DNA of 64,000 nucleotides from a virus (lineage: Duplodnaviria; Heunggongvirae; Uroviricota; Caudoviricetes): IMG/VR virus record IMGVR_UViG_3300042898_001927; one strand, 5' to 3'. Numbering within the stretch: position 1 is the first letter of the stretch; each line of letters begins with the position of its first letter. The notes under the pieces are model-generated. The model was not told the DNA's origin. It was given only the letters and a program-made list of their open reading frames with translations, and searched no databases. This document shows, one piece after another, positions 8,435 through 16,434 of this stretch. A program made the translations under genes and the position numbers.

Positions 8435-9635
8435 AAATCATTATGGCAGGTTTGCCATCAATCGTATCTTTACTTATCCTAATCGAAGTCAATCCGCGTT
8501 CAACTAAATCTACGGCATCAAATTGATATGGCAGAAGTACTTTTTCAATAATGTTTTTCAATCCACGGGCATTGGTCTTTAATTCTTTTGCCTGACGTGC
8601 GATTTCTCTTAATGCAGGGGTATCAAAATCCAACTGGATACCGTCTAGCTCAAACATATATTGATATTGCTTGATGGGACTATTTTTTGTCTCTTGTAAT
8701 ATATTGACCAATTGGTCTTCTGATAGCTCATCGACATGAGTGATAAGTCCGAATCGTCCTACGAACTCAGGAATAAGGCCGAACTTAATAAGATCTTTAG
8801 TAGTCACATCTTGGAATACATCAGCATCTTTGTCAATATTTTCAACATTGGCGTGAAATCCTACAGACCGTGCGCCAGTCCGTTGCTTAATGATTTTATC
8901 AATTCCTACAAATGCACCACCGCATATAAACAATATACTCCTGGTGTCGATTTCCTGCATGTCGGAACCTGGATGCTTCCTTTTGCTAGACGAAGGGACT
9001 CTCATAATCGAGCCTTCGATCATTTTTAAAAGTGCCTGTTGGACACCTTCTCCACTTACATCTCGGGTAATACTTACGTTTTCACCCTTTCGACTAATCT
9101 TATCAATTTCATCAATATATACAATACCTCTTGCAGCTTTTTCTAAGTCACCATCTGCTTCAGATATCAACCGAGTAAGAATGCTTTCAACGTCGTCACC
9201 TACGTATCCTGCTTCTGTAATACCGGTTGCATCGCATATGGCAAAAGGCAAGTCCAAATATTGTGCAATTTTTCGAGCCATCATAGTTTTTCCACAACCA
9301 GTAGGCCCTAGTAACAGCACATTAGTTTTTTCTAATTCAATATCAGTGCTAGGATTATTAATCCTTTTGAAATGCTGGCTAACTGCTACGCTTAAACTTA
9401 TTTTTGCATCCTCTTGACCGATAACATATTCGTCAAGGTATTCTTTTATTTTGGCAGGATTTAATAATTTTTTCTCATTTGGAAAAGTTTTTATTTTGTT
9501 ATCTTTGAGTATGTCCTCACATAACTCAACACAGTCATTGCATATTGCGGCATTGTCGCCTACAATGAGTTTCTCAACCTCATCCTTGCTTTTCCCACAA
9601 AAATCACACTTGTGATCGCTGTCCGATTTTGTCAT
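8403..9635 (-). CDS. clpX: ClpX-like AAA+ unfoldase
   Basis: 410 aa. The N-terminal C4 zinc-binding domain is CDFCGKS...CNDCVEL. Walker A is GPTGCGKT and Walker B is IVYIDEIDKI. The ClpX-specific blocks ITRDVSGEGVQQALLKMIEG and FGLIPEFVGR are present, plus sensor-2. Confidence 0.9.
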   Translation of the reverse strand: MTKSDSDHKCDFCGKSKDEVEKLIVGDNAAICNDCVELCEDILKDNKIKTFPNEKKLLNPAKIKEYLDEYVIGQEDAKISLSVAVSQHFKRINNPSTDIELEKTNVLLLGPTGCGKTMMARKIAQYLDLPFAICDATGITEAGYVGDDVESILTRLISEADGDLEKAARGIVYIDEIDKISRKGENVSITRDVSGEGVQQALLKMIEGSIMRVPSSSKRKHPGSDMQEIDTRSILFICGGAFVGIDKIIKQRTGARSVGFHANVENIDKDADVFQDVTTKDLIKFGLIPEFVGRFGLITHVDELSEDQLVNILQETKNSPIKQYQYMFELDGIQLDFDTPALREIARQAKELKTNARGLKNIIEKVLLPYQFDAVDLVERGLTSIRISKDTIDGKPAIMIFDKKKNEQTK

Positions 9636-10017
9636 GTAGTGCTCTTTCTAAAAATGATTCAACGCTAGAAACTCTGTTCTGATTAATGTAATGATACACA
9701 GCTGATTTGCTTTCATCAGTAATACTGTAATAGGTATTTTTCTTACCTACTATATACCCGCTTAATGCACTGGTAGCATAGTTAAGTCCGTCTAAGTCTA
9801 TATACTTATACTCGCTCCTACCTAGCGCAAATAAAAACCAGGGTATATCTATTTCGTGATCATAAAAGTAAATGTTTATATGTTCGGTTAAGTTAGCGTT
9901 GGCTAGCCATTGGCTAACTTTTGATTGGTCTGCTTCGCTCAAGTGAATGAAAAGAATACTGTAAGTTTCATTTTCAAAAAAATCAGGTGGCGTTATTAAT
10001 GTTATTCTATTATCCAT
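9604..10017 (-). CDS. Hypothetical protein
   Basis: ORF track, 137 aa. It is part of the same-strand operon, with a 32-nt overlap with clpX. Confidence 0.5.
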   Translation of the reverse strand: MDNRITLITPPDFFENETYSILFIHLSEADQSKVSQWLANANLTEHINIYFYDHEIDIPWFLFALGRSEYKYIDLDGLNYATSALSGYIVGKKNTYYSITDESKSAVYHYINQNRVSSVESFLERALHDKIGQRSQV

Positions 10018-10018
10018 T

Positions 10019-11485
10019 TTATATTCTTGCTTTAACTGCTAACATGTATTCTTCGGGAATACTTTGTAATGATAGTTTTCCAGATTTCACTAATGCAATA
10101 TATTCTGCAACCTCTGGCTGAGGCGCATCATTGTAAAGATCAGGGGCGGCGCTGGCACTGGCTTCCAAATACTCTTCCTTACTGATTAATGTAGAAGTCC
10201 ATAAGCTACTGTCTTTTTGTTCTTCGTTTTGAACAAACAAAGGTTCGTCAAGGTAATCTTCAGATTCTGTTGTACTACTATTCTGTTCAGGTGCAACTGC
10301 CAATCTATCGTTCATTCTTTCTAATTCGGGTTTATATACTATTGGTTGTAAGTTCTTAAAATACCTAAAAGGTTGCAACAGATAAGGATGTTGTTCTAAT
10401 ATAGATTTTTCCGGAATATAAGTTTTAGCAACTTCGACTAATCGATCACGTTCTAATTCTTCTTCGATCTCACGTTGTCTTTGCTCTTCCAACTCTTGTC
10501 TAGCCTGTGCCAACAGATTGTTAATCTCATCTACACTAACGGTTACAGTTTCCTCTTCTATACCAGTTACAGCTTCTGGAATTACGTCTGCTACTTCTTG
10601 TGCTACAAACCCATTATGTGCAGGCTCAACATCGTCTAAATTTGTGACAGTGGGTTCCGGGGAGACTACATCAACAACCGGTCCTGATGGGCTGTCACCC
10701 TCCGCAATACGTTTTCTAAAATCCTGGAAACTGATTTGACTAGATAGTAGCAAGATAACTGCCATTGGATCAAATACTACAATAAGAAGTATGATGACCC
10801 AAGTGACTGCTTTCTCTAGTATGCCTTCGGAGGTCTCGCCATAGACGAATGCCGCAATGTATTTTATCGGCCCAACTTCCGCTTCGACCTTTCGAACGTC
10901 TGCGGCAATCGGAGCCCTTTCTTCTGTAAGGCCAGCAATAGTTTTTTGTTCGGCGGAGATCTCAGATTGAAGGCGGGCACGTTCTTTTTGTTGTGCGCGG
11001 CGTAGTCCAACTGCTTTATCTGCACCTTTTTCATCTTGACTTCGACCCATAACTTGGTCCACAGCCTCATCCATCTGTTTAAGCGCCTTGCGGTTAGCAT
11101 CTATATTTTCCTTTGCTGTTTTAATCTTCTCGTCATACACTGCAATCTTGGCCATTACATCGCCCGACACCAAACTTTGATCACTGTGGGCTTGGCTTAG
11201 GAAGCCGAAGATACCCATAGATGTTACGCCCATGAGAACGGCAATAGCAGTTAGCAAATAGATTCTAACTGACCAAGGTGCAATGCTCCAATTTTGTTTA
11301 AGCCAGAGCGTAGCGGCAATTTTGCCAACACCGAGCACAATCCCCATAATAATTACAGGAATAACCGCGGCGGCAAAGATAGCAGTAAAGCCGATGATAC
11401 TGTAGTATTCGGCAACAACGGATATAGCAAGTCCGCTAATTAATGTAAGATAGGCTATTAGTTTTTCATTTAATGTTACAGGCAT
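10019..11485 (-). CDS. Membrane protein with coiled-coil and acidic Pro/Glu-rich regions
   Basis: 488 aa. It has three N-terminal TM helices, a further TM segment (VTWVIILLIVVFDPMAVILLL) and a central KQ/ER-rich coiled coil. Confidence 0.55.
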   Translation of the reverse strand: MPVTLNEKLIAYLTLISGLAISVVAEYYSIIGFTAIFAAAVIPVIIMGIVLGVGKIAATLWLKQNWSIAPWSVRIYLLTAIAVLMGVTSMGIFGFLSQAHSDQSLVSGDVMAKIAVYDEKIKTAKENIDANRKALKQMDEAVDQVMGRSQDEKGADKAVGLRRAQQKERARLQSEISAEQKTIAGLTEERAPIAADVRKVEAEVGPIKYIAAFVYGETSEGILEKAVTWVIILLIVVFDPMAVILLLSSQISFQDFRKRIAEGDSPSGPVVDVVSPEPTVTNLDDVEPAHNGFVAQEVADVIPEAVTGIEEETVTVSVDEINNLLAQARQELEEQRQREIEEELERDRLVEVAKTYIPEKSILEQHPYLLQPFRYFKNLQPIVYKPELERMNDRLAVAPEQNSSTTESEDYLDEPLFVQNEEQKDSSLWTSTLISKEEYLEASASAAPDLYNDAPQPEVAEYIALVKSGKLSLQSIPEEYMLAVKARI

Positions 11486-11494
11486 AGATGATAT

Positions 11495-11971
11495 TTATTT
11501 GTTATATCGAGCAACATCTTTACAAAATTCAATAAACTCATCATTGTTTAGATGTTGTTTTAGACAATTAGCCTTCCATGTAATTAATTGAATATTGCCT
11601 TCGATATAACCTTTATCGCTGTCAATTCTGTCAATGGTGCAACTATTGGGATTGCACCATTTGCCTAACCAATATTGACCACCTCTGGTAAATTCAAGGT
11701 CTTCCCCTGTTAATGCACAGTAGAAATCTTGTTCAGCACCTATATCGTATAGGTAATCTAAATCAACTTCAATGGGTTGAGTATTTTCTGTACGATTTGC
11801 CGCTCTTTGTAGATTCTGTCTTAAGAATGCTAGTGTGTGTCTAACTTCTACAAGGGTTTCTTGAGCGCTCTCGTATGCTGCATCTCTTTCCCAGTAGTCT
11901 CTCTGATACGGGCCTCGCTCCTTTAAGAAATACTTATAAGTTTCAGATTCACAGACTTTAGCAATTTTCAT
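11495..11971 (-). CDS. HNH-like endonuclease-domain protein (divergent)
   Basis: 158 aa. A Cys pair precedes IDRIDSDKGYIEGNIQLITWKANC, which resembles the HNH core (HH..N..N) with the His pair replaced by DR. It may be degenerate. Confidence 0.4.
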   Translation of the reverse strand: MKIAKVCESETYKYFLKERGPYQRDYWERDAAYESAQETLVEVRHTLAFLRQNLQRAANRTENTQPIEVDLDYLYDIGAEQDFYCALTGEDLEFTRGGQYWLGKWCNPNSCTIDRIDSDKGYIEGNIQLITWKANCLKQHLNNDEFIEFCKDVARYNK

Positions 11972-11975
11972 AATA

Positions 11976-12368
11976 TTATCTCCTCATGTTAGCAATGGCC
12001 ACAGCTTCTTCGTCTGAGAAGATAGGCACAGCGTTTGACTTGTGCATTGTGCCAATACCTTTGATCTTGTCGCCAGTATAGACCTTAGCTGGTGCTAGTG
12101 CGGCAATACCTGCACCGGAGTTTAGGCTTTTGATATGATGTGTATTTGTTCTACCGACAGGTGTTGGAAGTGAATAGGTCAGCGTTTCTGCCTTCATAGC
12201 TCGCTTACGTTTCTTGTCTTCTGCCTCTACTCCCCACTTCTTTTGTAGGGCATTCCACTGCTCATCAAGCTCACGTGCCTTACGTGCTTCTTCAGCATTG
12301 CGGAATTTGACCTTGCCCTTCTTCTTGCCATTGAGACTAAGGCTAGGGTGATGCAGGTGCATTGACAT
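11976..12368 (-). CDS. Hypothetical basic protein
   Basis: ORF track, 130 aa. It has a Lys/Arg-rich N-terminus. Confidence 0.5.
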   Translation of the reverse strand: MSMHLHHPSLSLNGKKKGKVKFRNAEEARKARELDEQWNALQKKWGVEAEDKKRKRAMKAETLTYSLPTPVGRTNTHHIKSLNSGAGIAALAPAKVYTGDKIKGIGTMHKSNAVPIFSDEEAVAIANMRR

Positions 12369-12369
12369 A

Positions 12370-12702
12370 TTATGCTACTTCGAGTGCAGGGAAGTTGATA
12401 GGATTAGTTGTGTTTGAAGAGTGTGGTTCAAATGTCTTTTGAACCTTACTAGGGATACCTGTGAATCGTAGTACCTGGCCATTGGCAGCAATTTTGAGTG
12501 AGCCTGCAACTACCCAAATCTGTTTGCCCGATGCATCGATGCCTGCTAACTTTCGTACTACACCGTTGATTAGTCCAGTGGGGGTATCCTTACCCCTATT
12601 CCATTGATATGCAGTATCTTTATTAAACCAAATCTGTTCATCCTTAGATTGGGCAATGCACCAAAGTTTAATTTGGGTAAGTGTATGTTCGGCGTTGGTC
12701 AT
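12370..12702 (-). CDS. Hypothetical protein
   Basis: ORF track, 110 aa. A strong RBS (AGGAGG) lies 6 nt upstream, and a TTGCAA-N17-TATAGT promoter is upstream. Confidence 0.5.
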   Translation of the reverse strand: MTNAEHTLTQIKLWCIAQSKDEQIWFNKDTAYQWNRGKDTPTGLINGVVRKLAGIDASGKQIWVVAGSLKIAANGQVLRFTGIPSKVQKTFEPHSSNTTNPINFPALEVA

Positions 12703-12732
12703 AGAACCTCCTAATGTGTATGTCTATGCACT

Positions 12733-12761
12733 ACTATACAACAAAACTGGTTTTATTGCAA
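12733..12761 (-). promoter_or_regulatory. Sigma70-like early promoter for the operon starting at 12702
   Basis: Read on the minus strand it is TTGCAA (12756-12761), a 17-nt spacer, then TATAGT (12733-12738), about 25 nt before the AGGAGG RBS. Confidence 0.55.
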
Positions 12762-12769
12762 CCAGAATT

Positions 12770-12800
12770 TTTACCAAAAGAAAAGCACCCGAAGGTGCCA
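12770..12800 (-). terminator. Rho-independent terminator downstream of pstS
   Basis: The hairpin is gcacc-cgaa-ggtgc (12785-12798). On the minus strand it is followed by a T-rich run (plus-strand ccaaaagaaaagc). Confidence 0.55.
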
Positions 12801-12845
12801 GTGCTGACCACTTATCACATTATACGCCGTCAGCGGGCGAGCATA

Positions 12846-13850
12846 TTATTTGATTTGTGTCCAAACACGCTCACGGATCTGCTTTGTTAATGCGTCCGGC
12901 AATGCTACATAGTCTAAGTCTGCGGCATCTTTCTTACCATTCTTAAATGCCCAATCAAAGAACTTTAACACTTCATCGCTGTTGGCTTTGTTAGCAGGTG
13001 TCTTATACATGATGATAAAACTTGCTGAACTTACTGGCCATGCATTAGGATTCTTTTGATCCACAATACTTAATCCCATACCAGGAACTGAGAACCAATC
13101 AGCGCCATCTGCAGCCGAGGCAAATGTTAGATCATCTGGGCTAACATACCGGCCACTCTTGTTTTGTAGTTGTAGGAATGTCATGTTGTTTTTCTTAACA
13201 TAAGCATACTCTACATAACCGATTGAACCTTTGATACGGTTCACGTTGGCCGCCACACCTTCGTTGCCTTTGCCACCCACTGAACTAGCAGCCGGCCATT
13301 TGATTGTGGCACCACGACCTGCACGTTGTAACCACTCTGGGCTGACTGTGGCAAGATAGTCTGTCCAGTTGAATGTAGTGCCTGAACCATCAGCACGGTG
13401 TACAACGGTGATTTCTGTGTTTGGCAATACTTTGCCAGGATTCAACGCCGCTAGTTTAGCATCATTCCAACGATTGATCGTGCCCAAGAACACTTCAGCC
13501 ATAACCGGGCCAGTGATGCGTAGCTCACCTGGTTTGAAACCATCCAAATTGATGACAGGCACAGTTCCGCCAATGATAGCAGGGAATTGAACCTGCCCCA
13601 TCTTGTCTAAGTTCTCGCCGCTTACTGGTGCGTCTGTGGCACCAAAGTCAACGGTCTTTGCATTAATTTGACGAATGCCACCGGATGATCCGATGCTTTG
13701 ATAGTTCATACCAGTACCTGTGGCTTTTTTGTAGCCCTCGGCCCACTTGGCATAGATCGGGAATGGGAAGGTAGCACCTGCCCCTGTAATGTCTGCGGCT
13801 TGTGCTGACACTGCTACAGCCGCAAATAGAATAGCAAATAATTTTTTCAC
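12846..13850 (-). CDS. pstS: Phosphate ABC transporter periplasmic substrate-binding protein PstS
   Basis: 334 aa. It has a signal peptide (MKKLFAILFAAVAVSAQA). The mature N-terminus ADITGAGATFPFPIYAKWAEGYK...YQSIGSSGGIRQI matches the PstS family. It has a GTG start with an AAGGAG RBS 7 nt upstream. Confidence 0.9.
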   Translation of the reverse strand: MKKLFAILFAAVAVSAQAADITGAGATFPFPIYAKWAEGYKKATGTGMNYQSIGSSGGIRQINAKTVDFGATDAPVSGENLDKMGQVQFPAIIGGTVPVINLDGFKPGELRITGPVMAEVFLGTINRWNDAKLAALNPGKVLPNTEITVVHRADGSGTTFNWTDYLATVSPEWLQRAGRGATIKWPAASSVGGKGNEGVAANVNRIKGSIGYVEYAYVKKNNMTFLQLQNKSGRYVSPDDLTFASAADGADWFSVPGMGLSIVDQKNPNAWPVSSASFIIMYKTPANKANSDEVLKFFDWAFKNGKKDAADLDYVALPDALTKQIRERVWTQIK

Positions 13851-13899
13851 TGTAAGTCTCCTTGTGTGTTAGTTCTTACATTAATATTTAAACACAGAA

Positions 13900-13920
13900 T
13901 GATTACAATATGATTACAAT
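13900..13920 (-). promoter_or_regulatory. Pho-box-like tandem direct repeat upstream of pstS
   Basis: On the plus strand it reads tgattacaat-a-tgattacaat, a perfect 10-nt direct repeat with an 11-nt period. On the minus strand it is TTGTAATCATATTGTAATCA. It lies about 10 nt upstream of a -10-like TAAATATTAAT and 50-70 nt before the start. The architecture is that of the E. coli Pho box CTGTCATAAAACTGTCA. Confidence 0.6.
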
Positions 13921-13945
13921 TTTAAGAAATTTTAGCCAAACTAGA

Positions 13946-14668
13946 TTAATTCCAATAACGGTTGTGATCCGTTTGATGCCAGTATGACTGATTATTGCGA
14001 TTGATAAAATTTTTCACTAGATATTTTGCCATACCAAAATATCCCATCTTCTTGAATCTGCGACTATCCTGTCCAAAATAGTGAGGCACAATCTTAAACT
14101 TTTTAGGGCTGTATTGTTTTGACAAGAAGTAATCTTCTGATGTTAAACAATGTTCAGGGAATCCGCCAAATTCTTCAAAACGATCTCTGCGTGTTAGCAT
14201 AAATGCACCTACGGCAAATGGTGAGAAGTGTTTTAAAATTTTATTAGTTATATTAAATGCTGCAAATCCGACAGATGCTCGCTTGTCACGATCATAACAT
14301 TTAATGTTCAGTCCAACAAGATCCAGATCGTTGGCTTCTAATTCATCGACAGCATCACGTATTACAGTGGATTTAAAAAAACGAACATCTGCATCAATGA
14401 ACAGGATGTAGGGAGTAGTGACTAGTCGTGCGCCGCAATTTTTAGCAACAGACACCGGACCACCGTCAATAATTTCTACATTCAAATTGCCTTTCATTAT
14501 TTCGATAACTTCTCTAGTTTTGTCTGTTGAACAATCTGCAATGATGATTCTAGTATTGCCTATCATTTGCTGACGTAAATGCATTAATAGATGTGCTATA
14601 TAGTTTTCCTCATTCTTACAAGGTACAACAATAGTGATTGCATCGCTGAGTTTTATTGTTTTCTGCAT
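13946..14668 (-). CDS. Family-2 glycosyltransferase (GT-A fold)
   Basis: 240 aa. The N-terminal block ITIVVPCKNEENYIAHLL and the DXD motif (LFIDADV) are present. It is separated from the upstream phosphoesterase gene by 21 nt containing an AAGGTAGAAGGA RBS. Confidence 0.8.
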   Translation of the reverse strand: MQKTIKLSDAITIVVPCKNEENYIAHLLMHLRQQMIGNTRIIIADCSTDKTREVIEIMKGNLNVEIIDGGPVSVAKNCGARLVTTPYILFIDADVRFFKSTVIRDAVDELEANDLDLVGLNIKCYDRDKRASVGFAAFNITNKILKHFSPFAVGAFMLTRRDRFEEFGGFPEHCLTSEDYFLSKQYSPKKFKIVPHYFGQDSRRFKKMGYFGMAKYLVKNFINRNNQSYWHQTDHNRYWN

Positions 14669-14689
14669 TGTCCTTCTACCTTAAAATTA

Positions 14690-15571
14690 TCAAACTTTAG
14701 TTGATATGACATCGTCTTGAGAACCGATTCGCACGATGTCTGGTCCGGGAACGTCAGTGTTATTCTTCCTGGGATGTCGTTTGGATTTTTTGAATGAATC
14801 GCTAGTAGTAACATTATCCACATCATCTCGCTCCTTAGTCCAAGTAACAATCTCCCAACGACCGTCCCAATGCTCAACTAAAGCTGTGCATGATTCAACC
14901 CAGTCGCCGTCATTCATATACATTACACCGTCTATCTCTTTTATTTCTGCGTGATGTATGTGTCCGCATATGACTCCATCAAAGCCACGTTTCTTACAGT
15001 AGCCTGCAAGATTCTTTTCAAACTGAAACATAAAATCTACTGCTCGTTTGACTTTGTATTTGAGATACTGACTTAAACTCCAATAACCAAATCCCATTTT
15101 GTGACGAACCCAGTTAAACTTACCGTTTAGGTATAAGACAAAGTCGTAGGCCTTGTCACCTAAAAAACCCAACCACGGTGCCAGGCGGGTAATGCCGTCA
15201 AACAGGTCGCCGTGTGTGACTAGATAGTGTTTGCCGTCAGCACCTATATGTTCTATTTGATTGTGTATCTCTACCAATCCAAAACTAAAACCATAAGGTA
15301 TCATTGGTCTTAAAAACTCATCGTGATTGCCTGCAATATAAACAACTCTAGTACCACGTTTGGCGTGACCTAGCACACGACGAACTACATTGGTATGACT
15401 CTGCTTCCACCGCCATTTGTTTTGTTGTATGCGCCAAGCGTCTATTATGTCACCTACTAGATAGAGTGTATCGCAGGTGTTGTGTTTGAGGAAGTTGTTT
15501 AACTTATCCGCTTGACTGTCTTTGGTTCCAAGATGCACATCACTGACAAAGATTGAGCGGTATGTCTTCAT
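14690..15571 (-). CDS. LpxH/PlcP-like calcineurin-type metallophosphoesterase
   Basis: 293 aa. The metallophosphoesterase motifs are present in order: DVHLG, GDIIDAW, GNHDE, THGD and GHIHH. The overall layout is as in the LpxH (UDP-2,3-diacylglucosamine hydrolase) / PlcP (phospholipase C) family. Confidence 0.8.
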   Translation of the reverse strand: MKTYRSIFVSDVHLGTKDSQADKLNNFLKHNTCDTLYLVGDIIDAWRIQQNKWRWKQSHTNVVRRVLGHAKRGTRVVYIAGNHDEFLRPMIPYGFSFGLVEIHNQIEHIGADGKHYLVTHGDLFDGITRLAPWLGFLGDKAYDFVLYLNGKFNWVRHKMGFGYWSLSQYLKYKVKRAVDFMFQFEKNLAGYCKKRGFDGVICGHIHHAEIKEIDGVMYMNDGDWVESCTALVEHWDGRWEIVTWTKERDDVDNVTTSDSFKKSKRHPRKNNTDVPGPDIVRIGSQDDVISTKV

Positions 15572-15591
15572 ACTATTATTTACGGAATATT

Positions 15592-15612
15592 CGATTACAG
15601 TATGATTACAGA
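15592..15612 (-). promoter_or_regulatory. Pho-box-like tandem direct repeat upstream of the phosphoesterase-GT operon
   Basis: On the plus strand it reads gattacag-tat-gattacag, an 8-nt direct repeat with an 11-nt period. On the minus strand it is CTGTAATCATACTGTAATCG. It is followed by GTAAATAAT (-10-like), then the ATG about 20-40 nt downstream. It is near-identical to the pstS box including flanks. Confidence 0.6.
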
Positions 15613-15613
15613 G

Positions 15614-15652
15614 TCAAAAAGAAACCCGCCGAAGCGGGTCCTGTTATTTTCT
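15614..15652 (-). terminator. Hairpin terminator/insulator upstream of the Pho-box promoter
   Basis: An A-run, then the hairpin acccgc-cgaa-gcgggt, then the T-rich run cctgttattttctgtt. It looks bidirectional. Confidence 0.5.
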
Positions 15653-16019
15653 GTTACGAGGTATAACTACCCTAAGCAGTGTTTAGGCTGCTAATGCGAA
15701 CTGTGAGTCGTTTGCGGTTACTTTGTTTTGCTTCTGCGACCGGGAATCCCCAATCCTAACGGCTTCTACATTGCCGGACTGTCCATTTCAATACTTGTGA
15801 CCCAATCGATATCTATGTCATCCCCACCTAAATATACATCATATACTTAGGTGGAGATGCCGGGAACTGCCCCCGGGTCTTGAATCCTTTTCTGTCTACT
15901 TCATACAGTCTTAACTTTTAACAGACTTCCCAGGGTGTGTTTGGCCTCTGCTAAGCCTGTAGGAATCTCACCTACTGCATATCTGCTACGCAAACTTGCC
16001 CCTGCGAAAGCAATTGTAT

Positions 16020-16217
16020 TTAATTAATACGAGTATAGTTCAGTACATTGCCTGAACCATATTGGGATTCGGCAATCATTTTGGCCTGCAGATCATCGTT
16101 AGCGTTTACGCGAACATGTGCAGTTTGATATTGATTGAGACGGATCCAAACTTCGTATGTGTACATTTTAAACTTTCTTTGTCGATCGAATATTTTGAGC
16201 CTGCTTACCTTTGTCAC
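16020..16217 (-). CDS. Small hypothetical protein
   Basis: The ORF-track ORF overlaps the csp 3' end by 50 nt. The real start is probably the internal Met at 16166 ([12 protein letters not shown]..., 48 aa). Confidence 0.25.
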   Translation of the reverse strand: MTKVSRLKIFDRQRKFKMYTYEVWIRLNQYQTAHVRVNANDDLQAKMIAESQYGSGNVLNYTRIN

Positions 16218-16377
16218 CCTCAGCTAGATCAAATTCAACTTCTTGTCCAACTGCTAGTGTCCTGTACCCTTCCATTTGGATCTGACTAAAATGTGCAAAC
16301 ACATCATCAGTTGTGCCATCTGGAACGATAAATCCAAAACCTTTTGAATTATTAAACCATTTAACTTTTCCCTGCAT
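16168..16377 (-). CDS. cspA: Cold-shock protein (CspA family)
   Basis: 69 aa. It carries the RNP1 motif KGFGFI, the RNP2-like VFAHFS, and the N-terminal [15 protein letters not shown]. Confidence 0.9.
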   Translation of the reverse strand: MQGKVKWFNNSKGFGFIVPDGTTDDVFAHFSQIQMEGYRTLAVGQEVEFDLAEGDKGKQAQNIRSTKKV

Positions 16378-16434
16378 ACTGCTTCCTACTTGTTATTATT
16401 ATACTAGATATTCACTGGTACGTCAAGTGATATT

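Noticed and set aside
8736-9417. Plus-strand ORFs 8736..9029 and 8890..9417 opposite clpX
   Set aside because: They are antisense shadow ORFs within a strongly supported ClpX gene.
14653-14877. 74-aa minus-strand ORF spanning the phosphoesterase/GT2 junction
   Set aside because: It overlaps the 3' end of a motif-complete metallophosphoesterase and the GT2 start. The 21-nt true intergenic region already holds the RBS.
15653-16019. tRNA or tmRNA in the ORF-free region
   Set aside because: No GTTCRANYC T-loop with a complementary 5-bp stem, nor an acceptor/CCA arrangement, could be found on either strand. It is left as an unclassified structured region.
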